Below, in pieces: positions 1-13,490 of a stretch of 64,000 nucleotides of DNA (position 1 is the first letter of the stretch; each line of letters starts with the position of its first letter). A program made the position numbers and the translations under genes. Under the pieces are notes generated by a model that was not told where the DNA came from, searched no databases, and saw only the letters and a program-made list of their open reading frames with translations. Origin of the DNA: Lama guanicoe (taxonomy: Eukaryota); assembly GCA_013239625.1 (NCBI GenBank), contig MU053881.1, positions 14,810,373 through 14,874,372 of the forward strand, given 5' to 3'.

Positions 1-179
1 CAGTTTCTCACACCAGCCACAGCTCCAACGGCTTGGGCTGCTGGACTCGGTGGCACGGAGAGGCCTTACTGCCACCACATTCACGCAGCTTTGCTGCAGG
101 ACATGAGGCAGGAGGTGCTGCAAGTGACACACCTTTCTCCATCTCATAGCTGGAGTGTGGGAGGAACCACAGAGTCACT

Positions 180-349
180 GTACTAGGTAATATATGTAGT
201 CCAGAGATGACTTAAAGTATGCAGGAGGATATGTGTAGCTTATATGCAAACACTACACCATTTTATATAAGGGACTTGAGCATCAGCTGATTTTGGTATC
301 CAAGGGGAGTCCTGGAACCAATCTCCCATGGATATTGAGGGATGACTAT
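180..349 (-). mobile_element. MER2-like (TcMar-Tigger) DNA transposon fragment
   Basis: Reverse complement resembles the recalled MER2 terminus (TAGTCATCCCTCAATATCCATGGGAGATTGGTTCCAGGAC...GATGCTCAAGTCCCTTATATAAAATGG). Confidence 0.7.
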
Positions 350-3300
350 AAGATATCTTCTTACCCCAAAGACATCTGTCCACTTCTCTTCATCTCCATG
401 CCCCCACCCACGCTGCCCCAGTCTCTTTCCGGAGGACCCAGGCTGTGCTTGAAACCTCCTCCTTCCTACTTTGGCTGCAGGGGGCTTCTCCAAATCCTCC
501 TGTGGCTCCCCAGCCCCATCACCCATCAAGACCTTGCCCCATCTTGCCCCTCCCGATGGCCCCACCCCTAAGTGACTTCAGGCCACTCTCTGCCTCCCTC
601 TGGTCACACTGACATGTCCTCATTCCCACTGCTGGGCCTTTGCACATGCAACACCCTCTATCAGAAACACCTGCTGTGCCTGCCCCTTTCACCTAGTTCT
701 TCATCTGCCAAAAACCTCCCCCAACTCCCCAGCCCAGGTTAGGCCCCTGATATAAGCTCTCATGGAACTAGTTCTTTTCTTTCCAAATAGCTCCATTCAA
801 ACTTAGACATTTATTTCTCTGACTGTATCTTCTGCACTGAATCAGTTCTCCATGAGGACAGGCCCAGGTCTCTCCCAATGGCATCTCAGCCTCAACCTAA
901 GTCTGGCACATTGTAGGACTCTGCATGCTGAACAAAACTCCCCTGCCCACCACCCTCCCTGGGCCAGGACCTCCCTGTGTATTCAGGCAGCCTTCTTGTT
1001 CTTTCTCCCAGCAAACATTAACTGAGTAGTGACTGTGTGCCCCACGTGATCTACAGGGCTGCAGGCTGGGAAAGGACAAACCTCTCAGAATCTCAGGCCA
1101 GAAGTTCCCTGAATCTCAGTGCCATGTGTTCTCAAAGCATCCCTGGTCTCAGGTCATCTTCCTCATCCACTCCAGACCCTTAAGACTGAAGCCAGGTGGA
1201 GCCCCTGATGCCTCTCCCTCCCAAACCCACATTCACTCAGGCTTCTGGTCCTGACAATTCTCCCTCCTTAGTTCTCGCCTCCATCCCGTGGGCTGTCCCC
1301 ACAGCCTCCCAGGTTCCTGCTCAGACCCTGCCTGGGCTCACCCTGGAGGGTCATGCCTGCCTGACCGCCCCTGCTCTCATACCTTCATGGCTCCCCAGCA
1401 TCCTCAGGTGTTAGAAGGGGGCTCTGTCTCAGTCCTGCTCACCTCAAGTCCCTGTCCTATGTGTAGGGCCCACTGGGGGCCAGGAGGCCTGGGAAGAGGC
1501 CAGAGAAGAGGCCATAGGTCCTTGGACTTCAACTCGCCCAACTCATCCTAAGGCTGCTGGGCCACAGAAAGAGGTCAGAGGCAGCCTGCGACTCAGCAGC
1601 CCTCCAGTCCTGTCCCACAAGACTTCCTACTTTCGTCCTAACAGAGTTGAGAGCTGTAGCTTTGGCTTGTAGCCTGGGGCCACTACCAGCTCTGGCTGGC
1701 CTGAGTCCCCTCCCTACTGCTCCAAGGCCCCATGCTTTGCCCACTGCATCTGCCTGGCCTGGCCTCCCTCCCCTGGTCCTGACTGGCCCAGTGAAGTAGG
1801 AACTGAGGGCATAGAACACTCCCATTTGACAGGCAAGGGATTTAGGGCATCGCTGCGCACGAAGATTTGAACGCTGAATGCAGGGTCCTCAGCTGCCTTA
1901 ACCACTCTCCTATAAGCCCATCATGATAACTGACAAGTGTTGAGTGGCTTCAAAACTAGGGACAGCCTGTTTTAGGAGCAGGCTCTGAGTGGTCTCAAAA
2001 GCTGAGCATGGTTCTGCAGCACGGAAGGAGAAGGCATTCCAAGCAGAGGGCACTATGTGGGCAAAGGTGTGGTGCTGGGAAGAGGGCAGAGGGGTTCTGA
2101 GGTCAGCACCTGCTCCGATTTCACTTAACTGGAGGGAAGAGCAGGAGAGGGAGCTGAGCTGGGGTCACAGAGGGGTTTCGATGAAGCTTAACCACTGCCA
2201 GACTCTATTGCGCACCTACTGCCTGCAGGCAGGCCGCCTGGCACCAAGTGCTGTTTGCCGTCGTTGGAAGACTGGGCTCATCCCCATTTTCACACAAGCA
2301 AACTGAGGCTAGGAACACACTGTCCTGCAGCTGGCAATGGCAGGGTGGAGGTGGGACCCTCCCACTTCAGCCTGCTTCCTCCTTGTTTTTTGGGGGGGGT
2401 GGTTTGGAGGAGGAGGTGATTAATTTGGAGCAGCCAGCAGGGAAGCATGTCTGGTTGTCCCCTGGCTAGTAGGGGGATACATGTTGGAGAGATGCCTGTG
2501 CTACCTCCATGCAAGTCCCATCAGGGGCTTTTTTTTTTTTAATAGAAAAAAGCTTTGTCCAGAGAGTGTAAACGCTGTCCAGGTACCAGGAAAACCAGTC
2601 AAGGAGCCCCAGGGCCTGGGCTTTGTGTTTGGTGACAAATGCGGGTATCATCTCAAGCCACGGGAGAGGGTGATCCTTCTTTCTCTGGTCACTGCCCTCA
2701 GCTGCCCTGCTGCCCAGCCACTCAAGACCCAGAGATCACTCCCTCGGGCAGGGGTCCCCAGCTTGTCACCAAGGACACCTTCTTTCCCTGTTCCCCAACC
2801 TTGGGGAGCCACACTGGAAAAATTTCTGCCCATTTCCTATACTCTGTATGATTAAATGCACATGATTCATTTGCCCTCTAGCTTTTTATAAAGATAGAAA
2901 TTAGGAAAATACAATGAAGCAGGGAGGGGTGAGAACTGTGTGAGCCACCTCCACTCCCCAGGAGTTCCCCCACCACCACCCTCTTCACCTAGAATTCATC
3001 TTTCTGGGTGGAGTTTGCTTTTTCTTGCCTGGCTAAGATTATTCTGTTGTATACGGTGTCTGGCCTTTTTGTTGGGCAGGGCAGCAATAATTGGATTGTG
3101 ACTATTACTTCATAAACACTTATTTAACAAATATTTGCTGAGAATGTACTGTATGCCCAGCTTGGCTAGTGAATGAATGAATGAATAAATGAACGAATGA
3201 AGCAATACCAGGGACTGGTGAGAGCTATGAAGACATAGAGGACAGATGGAAAGTGCTGGAAAGGGTGCAAGGGCTTCGATGTGGTAGCGAGGAGAAGATT

Positions 3301-3546
3301 CCTGGAGGACATCTGAGCAGAGGTTTGGGGGCTTTCTTGAAGCCAGAGACCCCAGTTGCAGCCTCTGTTTTGTTTGTTGGTTTTGATGTAAAATTATGAA
3401 ATTAACATGACACAAAATTATCACAACATGAAATTAACCATTGTAAAGTGTACAATCCTGTGGCATTTAGTACATTCACAATGTTGTACAACCAACACCT
3501 CTTCTAGTTCCAGAACATTTCATCCCCCCAAAGGAAATCCCATGCC

Positions 3547-4046
3547 AATAAAGAAAATGTGGCATATATACACAATGGAATATGACTTAGCCATAAAAAG
3601 GAATGAAATAATGCCATTTACAGCAACATGGATGGACCTAGAGATGATTACACGAAATGAAGCAAGTCAGACAAAGACAAGCAAATAAGAGAAAGAGAAA
3701 TATAATATGATATCACTTACACGTGGAACCAAAAAAAATTGGTATAAATGAACTTATTCACAAAACAGAAACAGACTCACAGATATAGAGAACAAACTTA
3801 TGATTACCAAAGAAGAAAGGGGGTGGAGGAGGGATAAATTAGGAGTTTGGGATTAGCAGATACAAACCACTATACATAGAGTAGGTAAACAACAAGGTCC
3901 TCTTGTATAGCACAGGGGGACTATATTCGATATTGTGTAATAAACCATAATGGAAAAGAATATGAAAAAGAATATATATAGGAATCACTATACTGTACAC
4001 CAGAAACTAACACAACATCGTGAATCAACTATACTTCAATTAAAAA
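3547..4046 (+). mobile_element. 5'-truncated LINE-1 (ORF2 C-terminus plus 3' UTR) inserted into an older antisense L1M fragment (~3390-3546 and ~4055-4105)
   Basis: Translates to KKMWHIYTMEYDLAIKRNEIMPFTATWMDLE (L1 ORF2 tail); ends TCAACTATACTTCAATTAAAAA; degraded TSD AAAGGAAATCCC (3530) / AAAGGAAACCCG (4055). Confidence 0.85.
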
Positions 4047-4389
4047 CATAAAGTAAAGGAAACCCGATCCCTACTAAGCAGTCACTCCCCATTCCTCCCC
4101 CTTGGGGGCCTTCAGTTTTAGTCCACATCTTGCAAAGTAAATGTCTCTAATATTTGTTTGGAAATGGCAGAGGTTCAAAGAAATGGACACATTTGCCCAC
4201 CACCTCTGGGAGCAGAATAAGATATGCATATCCCATACAGAAATGTGGAAGCTGGTATGGCCCTAAGTATCCATAAGAAACCCTGAAAGTGTGTGATTCC
4301 ACTTTTAAGGCTAGCCCCAAAAAGCATCCCCGGAGGAAGTAACCAAGATGCCCAACCATAGGGGATCAGTTTAATAAATCATAAAAGTT

Positions 4390-4517
4390 GGGGGAGGGTA
4401 TAGCTCAGTGGTAGAGCTCATGTTTAGCATGCACAAGGTCCTGGGTTCAATCCCCAATACCTCCATTAAATAAATAAATAAATTGAATTATTTCCCCCTC
4501 CAAATAAAACAAAACAA
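4390..4517 (+). mobile_element. tRNA-derived SINE (Vic-1-like)
   Basis: GGGGAGGGTATAGCTCAGTGGTAGAGC (A box) ... GGTTCAATCC (B box), (TAAA)n tail, TSD AATAAATCATAAAAG 4373-4387 / AATAAATCATGAAAG 4518-4532. Confidence 0.85.
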
Positions 4518-4651
4518 AATAAATCATGAAAGAGCCCCCAGGTTGACAGTGATGAAGTCTTTCAACACAAGAGGGTAGACTGGTGTTGATCAGTGTGGAA
4601 AGTGGGTCTTGACTGACAAATCAGGTGTACAGTGTAATGCCATTGTGACTG

Positions 4652-4689
4652 AGAAAAAGAAAGAAAGAAAGAAAGAAAGAAAAAGAAAA
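4652..4689 (+). repeat. (GAAA)n microsatellite
   Basis: AGAAAAAGAAAGAAAGAAAGAAAGAAAGAAAAAGAAAA. Confidence 0.8.
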
Positions 4690-5198
4690 TCTAAAGTGAA
4701 ACAGACCATCGACCACTGTGTTAGTAACAGTGACTTCTGGGCATTGATTTTATTTTTAAAATTTCATTCACTCAACAGATATTTACAAAGCATCCACTGT
4801 GTGCCAGCCCTTCTTTGCCAGTGTTTTTAACTTAACAAGGAGCACCGGGCACATCACAGGTGCATAATAAAAATTCACTCAGGAAATTAAGTGCTATAAA
4901 AAAGGACCTACTTACATTATTTACATTATGCTTGTTTGTGTTTTCTGAAACTGTTTTTACACTGAGTATATTACTTTGGCAATCAGAAGAGAGAACACAT
5001 AAAGCTAGTTCCACCAGAAAACATGCGTATGTGTCTCATCCCCTCCCTGCTCCTCATCATGTCCGTCTTCCTGGCCCCGCCTCCTTTCCTCCAGCCCAGC
5101 TCCTCCTGGCCTCTCAATGAAAGTAGAGTTGATACATCCCAACTCCTGGGGTCTGAGGGGCTGGGCTCCCAGAAAATGTGCAATTAAGATGAGATAGA

Positions 5199-5340
5199 GG
5201 AGGGGGTGGGATAGCTCAAGTGATAGAGTGCATGTTTAGTATACACAAGGTCATGGGTTCAATCCCCAGTACCACCTCTAAAAATAAATAAATAAGCGTA
5301 CCTAATTATCACTCCTAAAAATAAATAAGCTTTTAAAAAA
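5199..5340 (+). mobile_element. tRNA-derived SINE (Vic-1-like)
   Basis: ATAGCTCAAGTGATAGAG...GGGTTCAATCCCCAGTACC, A-rich tail, TSD AAGATGAGAT 5186-5195 / 5341-5350. Confidence 0.85.
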
Positions 5341-5857
5341 AAGATGAGATGGAAAGATTTCCACATAGGGAAACTGAGGCCTAGAGACGTAAGGTGACTT
5401 GTCCAATGTCACATAGCACATAGATGCCAGCAGAAGCTATCTGCCCCCGGAGTTCCCTCTGATCCCTGGAATGGGCTCAGGCCAAGCCTAGGGTTTGTAT
5501 GATAGTGGCTTTATTACTAATGAGGGGAGTTGCACCCCACGTGGAGTGTTTAATTTCTAAATCACTGGTCTTCTCCTTCCCAACCACCTCATGCTGGTGC
5601 TGCTGGTTCCCCAAGAAGCCTCAGCCTCAGGCCTGGGGATGCCAAATCAGATACATTTTCTCTCTGCTCTGTAGGATCAGGCCTGAGCCAGGTACTCTGT
5701 CTGAAAGATCTGGAGGACTGCATGGAGGAGGGGATGCAGAGTTGGGATTTGGAGAATGAGTAGAAGTGTGCTAGGTCGAGAAATGGAAGACGAGCTGGGT
5801 GCATGCATGGATGGAAGAGCTGGGGGTGGAACATGGATGATGCCTGCATCTCTGGGA

Positions 5858-5992
5858 GGGTAGGTAGATGGATGGGTAGGTGGGTGGATGGATAGATGAG
5901 TAGGTGGATGTGTGAGTAGGTGGGTGTATTGGATGGTGGATGAATTGATGGATGAGTGATGGATGAATGGGTGGATGAGGGGGTGGGTGAAT
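5858..5992 (+). repeat. Degenerate (GGAT/GGGT)n simple repeat
   Basis: GGGTAGGTAGATGGATGGGTAGGTGGGTGGATGGATAGATG...; explains the HPSIHPP-type ORFs on the minus strand. Confidence 0.8.
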
Positions 5993-8900
5993 AAGACAAG
6001 GCAGCCCACTCCAAAGTATTGACCACCTGGCAGACCCTGTGGGGGTCCTTCAGCCCCTCCTCCCTCTTGTATCTGCTCTTCTTCTCCCTGGAAGGTGCCC
6101 CCAGAACAGCAGAGACACCCCCAAGGGCTCAGCCTAGCCTCTAGACAAATCCCACTTGGGCCCCAAGACGTGACAAGAAACCTTGAAATGTGACAAAACT
6201 GACACCATTTCCCCAGGGTCTGAGTTCCCCTGTCTGTGCTCAGTTTGGGATTTGTTATAATAGAGAATTAAAGAATTTTGAGAAGTGGGGACCATAGTTC
6301 CCAGAATTCTGCAGATCCCCAAGAGGTGACGAGGAGGCTGAGTCCCACTTGCCCCCACTACACTCATTATGCTTAGCACTGTTCTGGGAAGTAGAAGGGC
6401 CCCCGTGGGTCCCTTGCTCTTGGACATGTCCCCTTCCCTCTCTTAGATTCAGTTTCTCAGGCTGTAAAAAGTGGCAGCAAAAGCCCCCACTTGGGGCCAG
6501 CTTCTGAGTTTAATTCTGTGATGTCACAGTCTTAAAGTTCTGAAGTTTTTTGACAAGGAGCCCTGCATTTTCCTTGTGCGCTGAGTCCTGTGAATCATGC
6601 GGGCTATGCTGTTCCTGCTGCATCAATCAACAAGCATTTATGCTGTGCCAGGTGAATACAAGCCAGGCCAGACCATGATTCCCTTCCCCGGAAGTATGAA
6701 GCTGCTGCTCTCAGGCCTCTCAGCCAGAATAATACAGAGCAGGATTTGAACCCGGGCCCCTGACTGCAACGTGCAGGTAGTGTCTCCTCTGTGGATGCAG
6801 TTGGTGTCCAATGTGTGACCCTTTCTCTTGCCCTTAGTGGTCCCCCTTCTCCAGCCCAGGGCAAAGCAATCTCCTCTGTGACCTCCCTTGGGGCTGCAGG
6901 ACCCACGTGGTCCGGAAAGCAGATGTTTCCGTCCTGTAGAAGGTCTGGGATTTCAGTGATAAGACCAGGGCTAGCGTCAAGATTTTTTGAGAGAGAGAAA
7001 GAGGAAGGCCAGACAAAGCAGAGAGGGAGTTACTGAGATGAGCTTCCTCCCCAAGATCCTGGGAGAGATAGGAGCTCAGAGCCTAAAGATATCAGCATCC
7101 CTAATGCTGATAACAATGCCATTTGTTTATCAAGCACAGCCCAGGATAACGGAGGAGGAAAGGATTAGAATCCTCCTCATCCATCCATTTGCCATGTGGA
7201 ACCCTGTGAATCTTATCTCAACATGGAAAAGCAAATCCTGTCCCGCTCCTGCTCAAAGGCCTCCTATGGCTCCCCAGTTCACATTCTTCACTGGGGATCA
7301 GAAGGCACCCTGTGACCCAGCCTACGGTGCTCCCTGCCCACTTGGCTCCCAACTGTGCCGCCCGCTCACCCTGCTTCAGCCACAGGGACTTTGCACATGC
7401 TGTTCCCAGAATCACCACCTCTTCAGAGCAGCCTCTGCCAACCACCTGTCTTTGCTTGGTTTTCTTACCTTCGTAAAATCCTGTCAGAAGTCATCCTACT
7501 CTGTTCTCTGTTTGTCATTCATTTTGTCCACCAGAAAGCTGTGAGTGTCCTGAGGGCAGAGCTTCCCTCAGTGTTGAGCATGTAGTTAAATATGAGTTAA
7601 CAAATGAAGAACTCCCATCTTAAAGAGGAGGAAACAGAGGCCCAGGGAAGCCCCTTGTGCATCCATGGAGATTGGCCATTGGAACCCTCATGTCTGAGCC
7701 CAGATTGTGTCAAATCCACCTGTGGGCAAGTAAATGCCCCTCTCCCCCTCCTATGGGTAAATAAGCCTCCAAAGGCTGCAGGGGATAGGGCCTGGCCTGT
7801 CAGATCCAGGTTCAAGGACAAGCTTTTCCATTTGGCCAGCTTTTAATCTGGGGAACTGGCTTAAGCCCCCTAAGCCTCGGTTTCCTTGTCTATGAAAATA
7901 AAGTGAGAAAAAAATTTTTTAATAAATAAGTGAGAAAAAAAGTGAAATGAGGGTTGGACCAAGGAGGCAGCCTGTGAGGTCCTGCCTTGGGCTGCCACAG
8001 CAGACATCCTCCTTCTCCTTTGTGCCCTCCTACACTGGGAGATGATGGAGTCCCTGAAAGGCACTGACCCAAGTTCGGACTCTGGAGGATCCCCAGTCTG
8101 GGGTTGGGGCAGAGCCAGACACAGATACCCCCTTGTACTGTGGGGTTAGGGCTAGGGGAGTGGAGACAGTCTGGGAAGGCTTCCTGGAGGAGAAAGTATT
8201 GGAATCAGCTTTCCAGGCCATAGGTGGGGTTGAGTGCAAAGGTTCAGAGATGGGGTCCAGCAGCTTGGCCAATGGCAATGAGAAGCTGTATTCTCCCTCT
8301 AAGGCCTCCAAGAGAGCCGTGGAAAGTGCTGGAGCAGGAAAGTGAACAATGCAGCCAGTTAAAGGATCCTGGGAGTGGGGATGCTGGTTTGGGGGACAGC
8401 CCAGAGGGGTGAATCCTGACTCTAACCTGTGCTTGGAGACCAGGAACAGCCTTCCCTGGCAGACTGAGGGAGGAGACTGCAGCATCTGAATCACTGGGTT
8501 CCTGCAAGAACATTCGGCACCCAGCGGCCCCATGTGGGCTGTCACTAAGCAGGAACACTGCCCCCGGAGCCCCGCCACGCAGCCTTCCCCAAGGCCTCCC
8601 GCTCTCTGTTCCCACAGCTGTTCCTTCAAGGCCACAGAAGGAGAGTAGGAGGAGAGGGCAGGTGGAGGGGAGGCCACGTAGGCTGCTTGGCCAGAATTTG
8701 GGAGCTTGGGGGAAGGGGAGATTCCCTGCCTGAGGGTCCAGTGTTTCCAGGGGCTGCCAAAGCCTCTGGACTCTGACTAGGATTGGGAAACAGGCTCAGA
8801 GAAAGTCAGGGTCTGCCCTTATTCTGCACATGAGCAGACACCTGGTTCTCTCCTAAAAGCTGAGACTCTATCTGGAGCGTGCAGTGTAAATTTGATTACA

Positions 8901-11900
8901 TCCCTCCCTCTCTGACTCTGAATTCTCCATTGGCTCCCCAGTACCTTCAGAAGGAAACACGTACACTTCAACACTGCCCATGAGGTCCCACCTGACTCCT
9001 GTGATCCCCTTAGCCCTTAGCACCCCCTCTGCCCTTCGCACTCACTCTATTCTGACCACTTTGGCCTTCCTGCTGTTCCTCCAACACACCTGGCCCATCC
9101 TCACCTCAGGGCCTTTGCATATGCTGTGCCCTCTGCCCAGAGCACTCTTTGTGAGTTATTATCCCCATTCAATCACTCAGGAAAGGTACAAAGAGAGGAG
9201 GTCATGTGCCCAAGAATACACATCAAGTCGGTGGGAGTCAGGAGTTGTAAACAGGCCTGTCTGACTACCCCCGACCCAAGCCCTCTCCCACCGACTATGT
9301 CATGTTTCAAACAGGCTTCCAGACCAGTCCACCATGGAGATGAATGATTCTCAGCCTCTCCAGGTTTTGCGGCTCCAGTGGATGCCAGAGACTCTCAGTC
9401 CTTAGACCCAAAACCCCCTGCACAGGGAGTTCCTGGCCAACACGACTGTCAAGTCTCCCCGTGTCCCTCCTGATGCGGCCGTGATTTTTCTGCCCCACTT
9501 TCTGCCCTTCACATGGGTGGATGGTGGAGCCTTCAAGGACAACACAGCCAAAAATAATCGGGCCCCGACCTACCTCCCAAAAGTGGGGCAGCCCCGCCCA
9601 GCCACCTGGTACCACAGAGGTAATTAGTGCACGTGGCAAATGAGGGTAATTAGGTCTGTGGGAACCGAACCGCAGATCCAGGTTTGGAGTTTGGAAGGGG
9701 CTCAAGTGCCACCTCCCCCACCCCCAACCTGCACTGGTCCTGGTAGGTCAAGTCCATAATCCAGTGCCAGAACCCTTCCCCACAGCCTCTTTATGCCTGG
9801 GCCTCATGGGTTCTGGCCCCATTACTTCCTGGGGGCTGTTTTTTAATGAATTAACTTTGGCCTTGGGCAGAAATTAAATTGGATCCAAATTAAAGGTGGG
9901 GTCACTTTCAAGTGATTGAAAATCACCAGTATTGAATCATCAAAATCTCCTCTGTCATGACCTCTGTGTGTCCACCCCATGCTGGGAGATGCCAAGCCCA
10001 AGAGAGGTCTCAGCCTAGAACTTGAGATGCCCTCAGGCTGGGGGAGTCAGAGCTGTACACAGCCACTGGGGTCAGGGTTAGTCTAGAAGAAGGGAGGGTT
10101 TAGTGGCAGAGGAGAGAGGGCCTCTTAGAGAGGAGGGCGTTGGAGGTGGGGTTTTGAGGAATGAATAGGAGTTTGCCAGGAGGATAAGGTCTAGAGGCTG
10201 GCCCAGCTGGCAAGCTTGGGGGAATAAGGAGAAGAAGGAGAGTGGTTAAAGAGGCACATAAGGGACCCAGAGCTAAAGATTTAGAGGATATCATGCCAGG
10301 TCAGACCCATTTCTGTCTTCAAGAACTCACACCTTGTTGGGACCCTCCACACCTGGAAAGAGAATATCTTAAGAACTTGACACAGGATCAATACCACATG
10401 CCCAGATAGACAAGAATAAATATGTTGATAACAGCAAGCAATTATTAAGCTCCTAGGCACCATTCTTATACACATTTTATAGATAGGGAAACAAAGGTAC
10501 AGGGAAGGAAAGTGACTTCTTTAAGGTCATCCTGCTGGTAGGAAGCAGGGCTAGCTCATTTACTGTCTGGTTCATGCAACTCTGGAGGGCACCAAGGACC
10601 AAGGCTGGGCCCTAGGGACCCCTTCCTTCTGGAAGCATTTACAAAGCATTACAAAGTTCCTGCTGCAAGTCAGCCTTTCTCTAGGTGCTAAGACAGAGCC
10701 ATTGAAGAAGTGGACAGTAACCAAATCATGGCTACTGTGACCTATGCCATGAGGTTGGGCATGTGGCTTTGGGGAAGAGTGACAGACCTCCCCCACTCTG
10801 GTGGGATAAGAACTTTCCAGGGAGGAGAAAGACTCCAGTAGATTTCAGTCCAAAGGTTGGGTCAGATTTAACTAAGACAGAGGCCAGAGCCTGACCTATA
10901 AGAGTCACTCTGTAAATGCAGCTCCTTTAAAGCTGAACAAACTGTTCCATTTCCTGCTTGGTTCCTCCCATGGCAGGAAGCTCATTCCCTCATGTCCTTC
11001 CTCAGTCCCAAGAGAAAGCTGTCATTTCTAGTCAGCTGCCTTGGGACGGTGGCCTCTGCTTGCCTCACAATGACATCTCCAGTCCCTTGGAAGAGAGGCC
11101 CAAGGACCAGGCAAAAGAGGTCTCAGGCTGGGGTGGGGGCAGTAGCTCAGGGCTACCCTTGCTCAGCCCCCTACCCATCTATGCCCAGGAGACAGTGAGA
11201 AGCTGTTGGTGTTGCCTGGATCCTTCCTGCCTCCTCCCCGGACCCCAGGCCTGTGAGCATCAGCCCATTTTCCAGGCAGGAAAACTGAGGTCTGCACTGA
11301 CAAAACCACTTCCTCAGTTTGACATGACTAAGACAACTTCAAGCCAGGGCTGCTCAAGGCCAGCCCCATCCCAGTCCTTCCTGGAGGCCTGAGAGCAGAC
11401 CTCATTCTCCCTCATGCTGTTGCCTCGTGCCTACACAAGGAGTGAAGTCTGCCCAGGCTCCTCACCTGGCCACTCCCACAGAACAGCCACGTGGCCCCAG
11501 CTCTGCAGCTGGCCAGCACTCAGCACACACTGAGCCGCTTCCAGAAGCCTCGGCCCTGCCGGCACCTTTCCAGTTACTTTTTTTTTTAATTATTTTTTTT
11601 GGTATTAAGGAAAAGTCACTCTTTGCACAGAACAGACGGTATTTTCTTTGTTCCCTACAGTGTTCAAGCGTTTTGTGGCTTCAGGCCTGAGAGCGAAGCC
11701 AAATCCATTGCTTTTGCAGATGCTGTGTGAAGTTAGAGGCAGCTGGGGAAACTGAGTCTGTGGTTCAGTTTCTGTAGCTAGGGTAAGTAGTCCCTCTTGT
11801 GCAGGGTGAGCCAGCCCTCCAGGAACACCCAGACCTGGCTATAGTTGAATTAGTAAACAAGTCACACAGATGAGGGACCCCACAGAAAGGGATGGGCTGG

Positions 11901-13276
11901 TGGAGCAGAGGCGGGAGAGATCCTTTCCAATCCCAGGATAGTTAGAGAAGCTTCCAGGAGGCGAGGGGGCAGTGGAGCTGAGCCTGGAAAGACAAATAGA
12001 ATATATGCTTTCAGGAAGGGCATTCCAAGTGGAAGAAACAGCTTGAGCAAAGGCCTGGAGAGAGGAAGACTCTGATCTTGGCCTGGGAAGAAGTCTCCAG
12101 AAATGACATGACCAGGGATTCACCTAAAGGTAATTTGAAGGGAGCCACCAGCTTAGATGTGCGATTCTTGTCAGGGGAAACAGAAACACAAGACCAGGGA
12201 AAGAAGATAGCGGAGATGAAAAGCAAACACCTCTGAGGTTGTCAGAGGGCTCACATGTGAGGCTCAGAGCCTCGGGGGAGGGCAGGTCTTGGTTCCGAAG
12301 AGTCCCAGTGCCTCTGCCTGTGAACCTGATGGCACTGTGCGACTTTGGAGGTGTCTCCAGAAAAAGGGCAGATACAGGATTGACAAGTGGGCCCTACAGG
12401 CAGGCTCAGACCAGGGGAGGCTGATCTTGGCTCAACTCCAGAAGGACCCTCTCCCAGTAAGTGTGTGAAGGGGTGGACTCCCTCTGACCAGAGGTGGCAA
12501 ACCCAGGCCTGTGGACCTCCAGGCAATTCACTCACTTGGTGGGAACTGGACACCAACATCCCCTCCACCCTGGATTTTGGGACCCTAAACACAGCAATGA
12601 TAACCCTAATCCAACCTCGTCAGCATCGTTATGGTTGTTTTAGGGGAGCCAGGGGTGGACACAAGCCCCTCCCCAGGGATCAGGGTAGGGCAGGAGGGCA
12701 AGCAGGAAGGATTCTGAGCAGGGCACCTAGGATCAAGCCCCCTTAAGTGCCTACTGTTTGCTTTCTTCTTATCTTCTTCCAGCCCCCTCTCTGCCCAGAT
12801 CTTGTTTATTTTCTGGAAACATGCACTGAGCACCTACTGTGTGCTAACGGCTAGCCCCACCAAGGCGGCACATGTGACCTTCCCCTAGACTCCCATCGGG
12901 TGAAGAGGGACTTGATTCCCCATCACAGGCAAAGGAAGCAGTGACCTGGAGGGTCAGGGCCACTCTTGAAGAGAAGATGAGGCCACATTCTCTTCTATCC
13001 ACCTAGGTCTGTCTGTCTGTCTCCTGTGTCTCTGCCTTTCTCCTCCATCTCTGTCTCTGGGCCTGGGTGTCTGTCTCCACCTCACCCCCTGTTCCCTTCT
13101 GCACCCTTCTTAACCCTCATCTCCGCAGTCCTCCCCGCTCCCGCCTCTCGGTCTCCCCTTCCCCCCTGCCGCGGAGGGCCAGCAGAGGGCGCTGCGGGCG
13201 GCCTCGGCGGCCCGGGGAGGCGGGGCGGGCGGCGGCCGCGCGGGGACCCGCCGCGATGGGACCCGAGGCGGCGCGG

Positions 13277-13297
13277 GCGGCGGCGGCGGCGGCGGCG
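13277..13297 (+). repeat. (GCG)7 trinucleotide repeat in the HOMER3 5' region
   Basis: GCGGCGGCGGCGGCGGCGGCG read directly. Confidence 0.9.
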
Positions 13298-13490
13298 CAG
13301 ACAAAGGCGCGGGCGGTGCGGAGGGTGGGGTGGAGGGCTCGGGCCCCGGAGCCAGCGAGCGAGTGGGGCGCCCGACTGCGGGGAGTCGGCGCCGCGGGGC
13401 CGCACCCGTCTCCCGCCCGGACACTTGCGGGGCGCCGAGCCGGTAGGGTGAGCCTGGCCAGCTGAGCCTTCACTGGTGGGGGGCGGGGGT

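Noticed and set aside
4390..4465. tRNA genes at the SINE heads (also 5199, 32201, 53560, 57087)
   Set aside because: A and B boxes are present but are followed by AT-rich tails and flanked by TSDs, so these are SINEs rather than tRNA genes.
5589..6026. His/Pro/Ser-rich minus-strand ORFs
   Set aside because: Translation of the (GGAT/GGGT)n simple repeat.
350..13000. A protein-coding gene upstream of HOMER3
   Set aside because: No recognisable protein or consistent exon chain; mostly old repeat fragments. A divergent lncRNA cannot be excluded from sequence alone.
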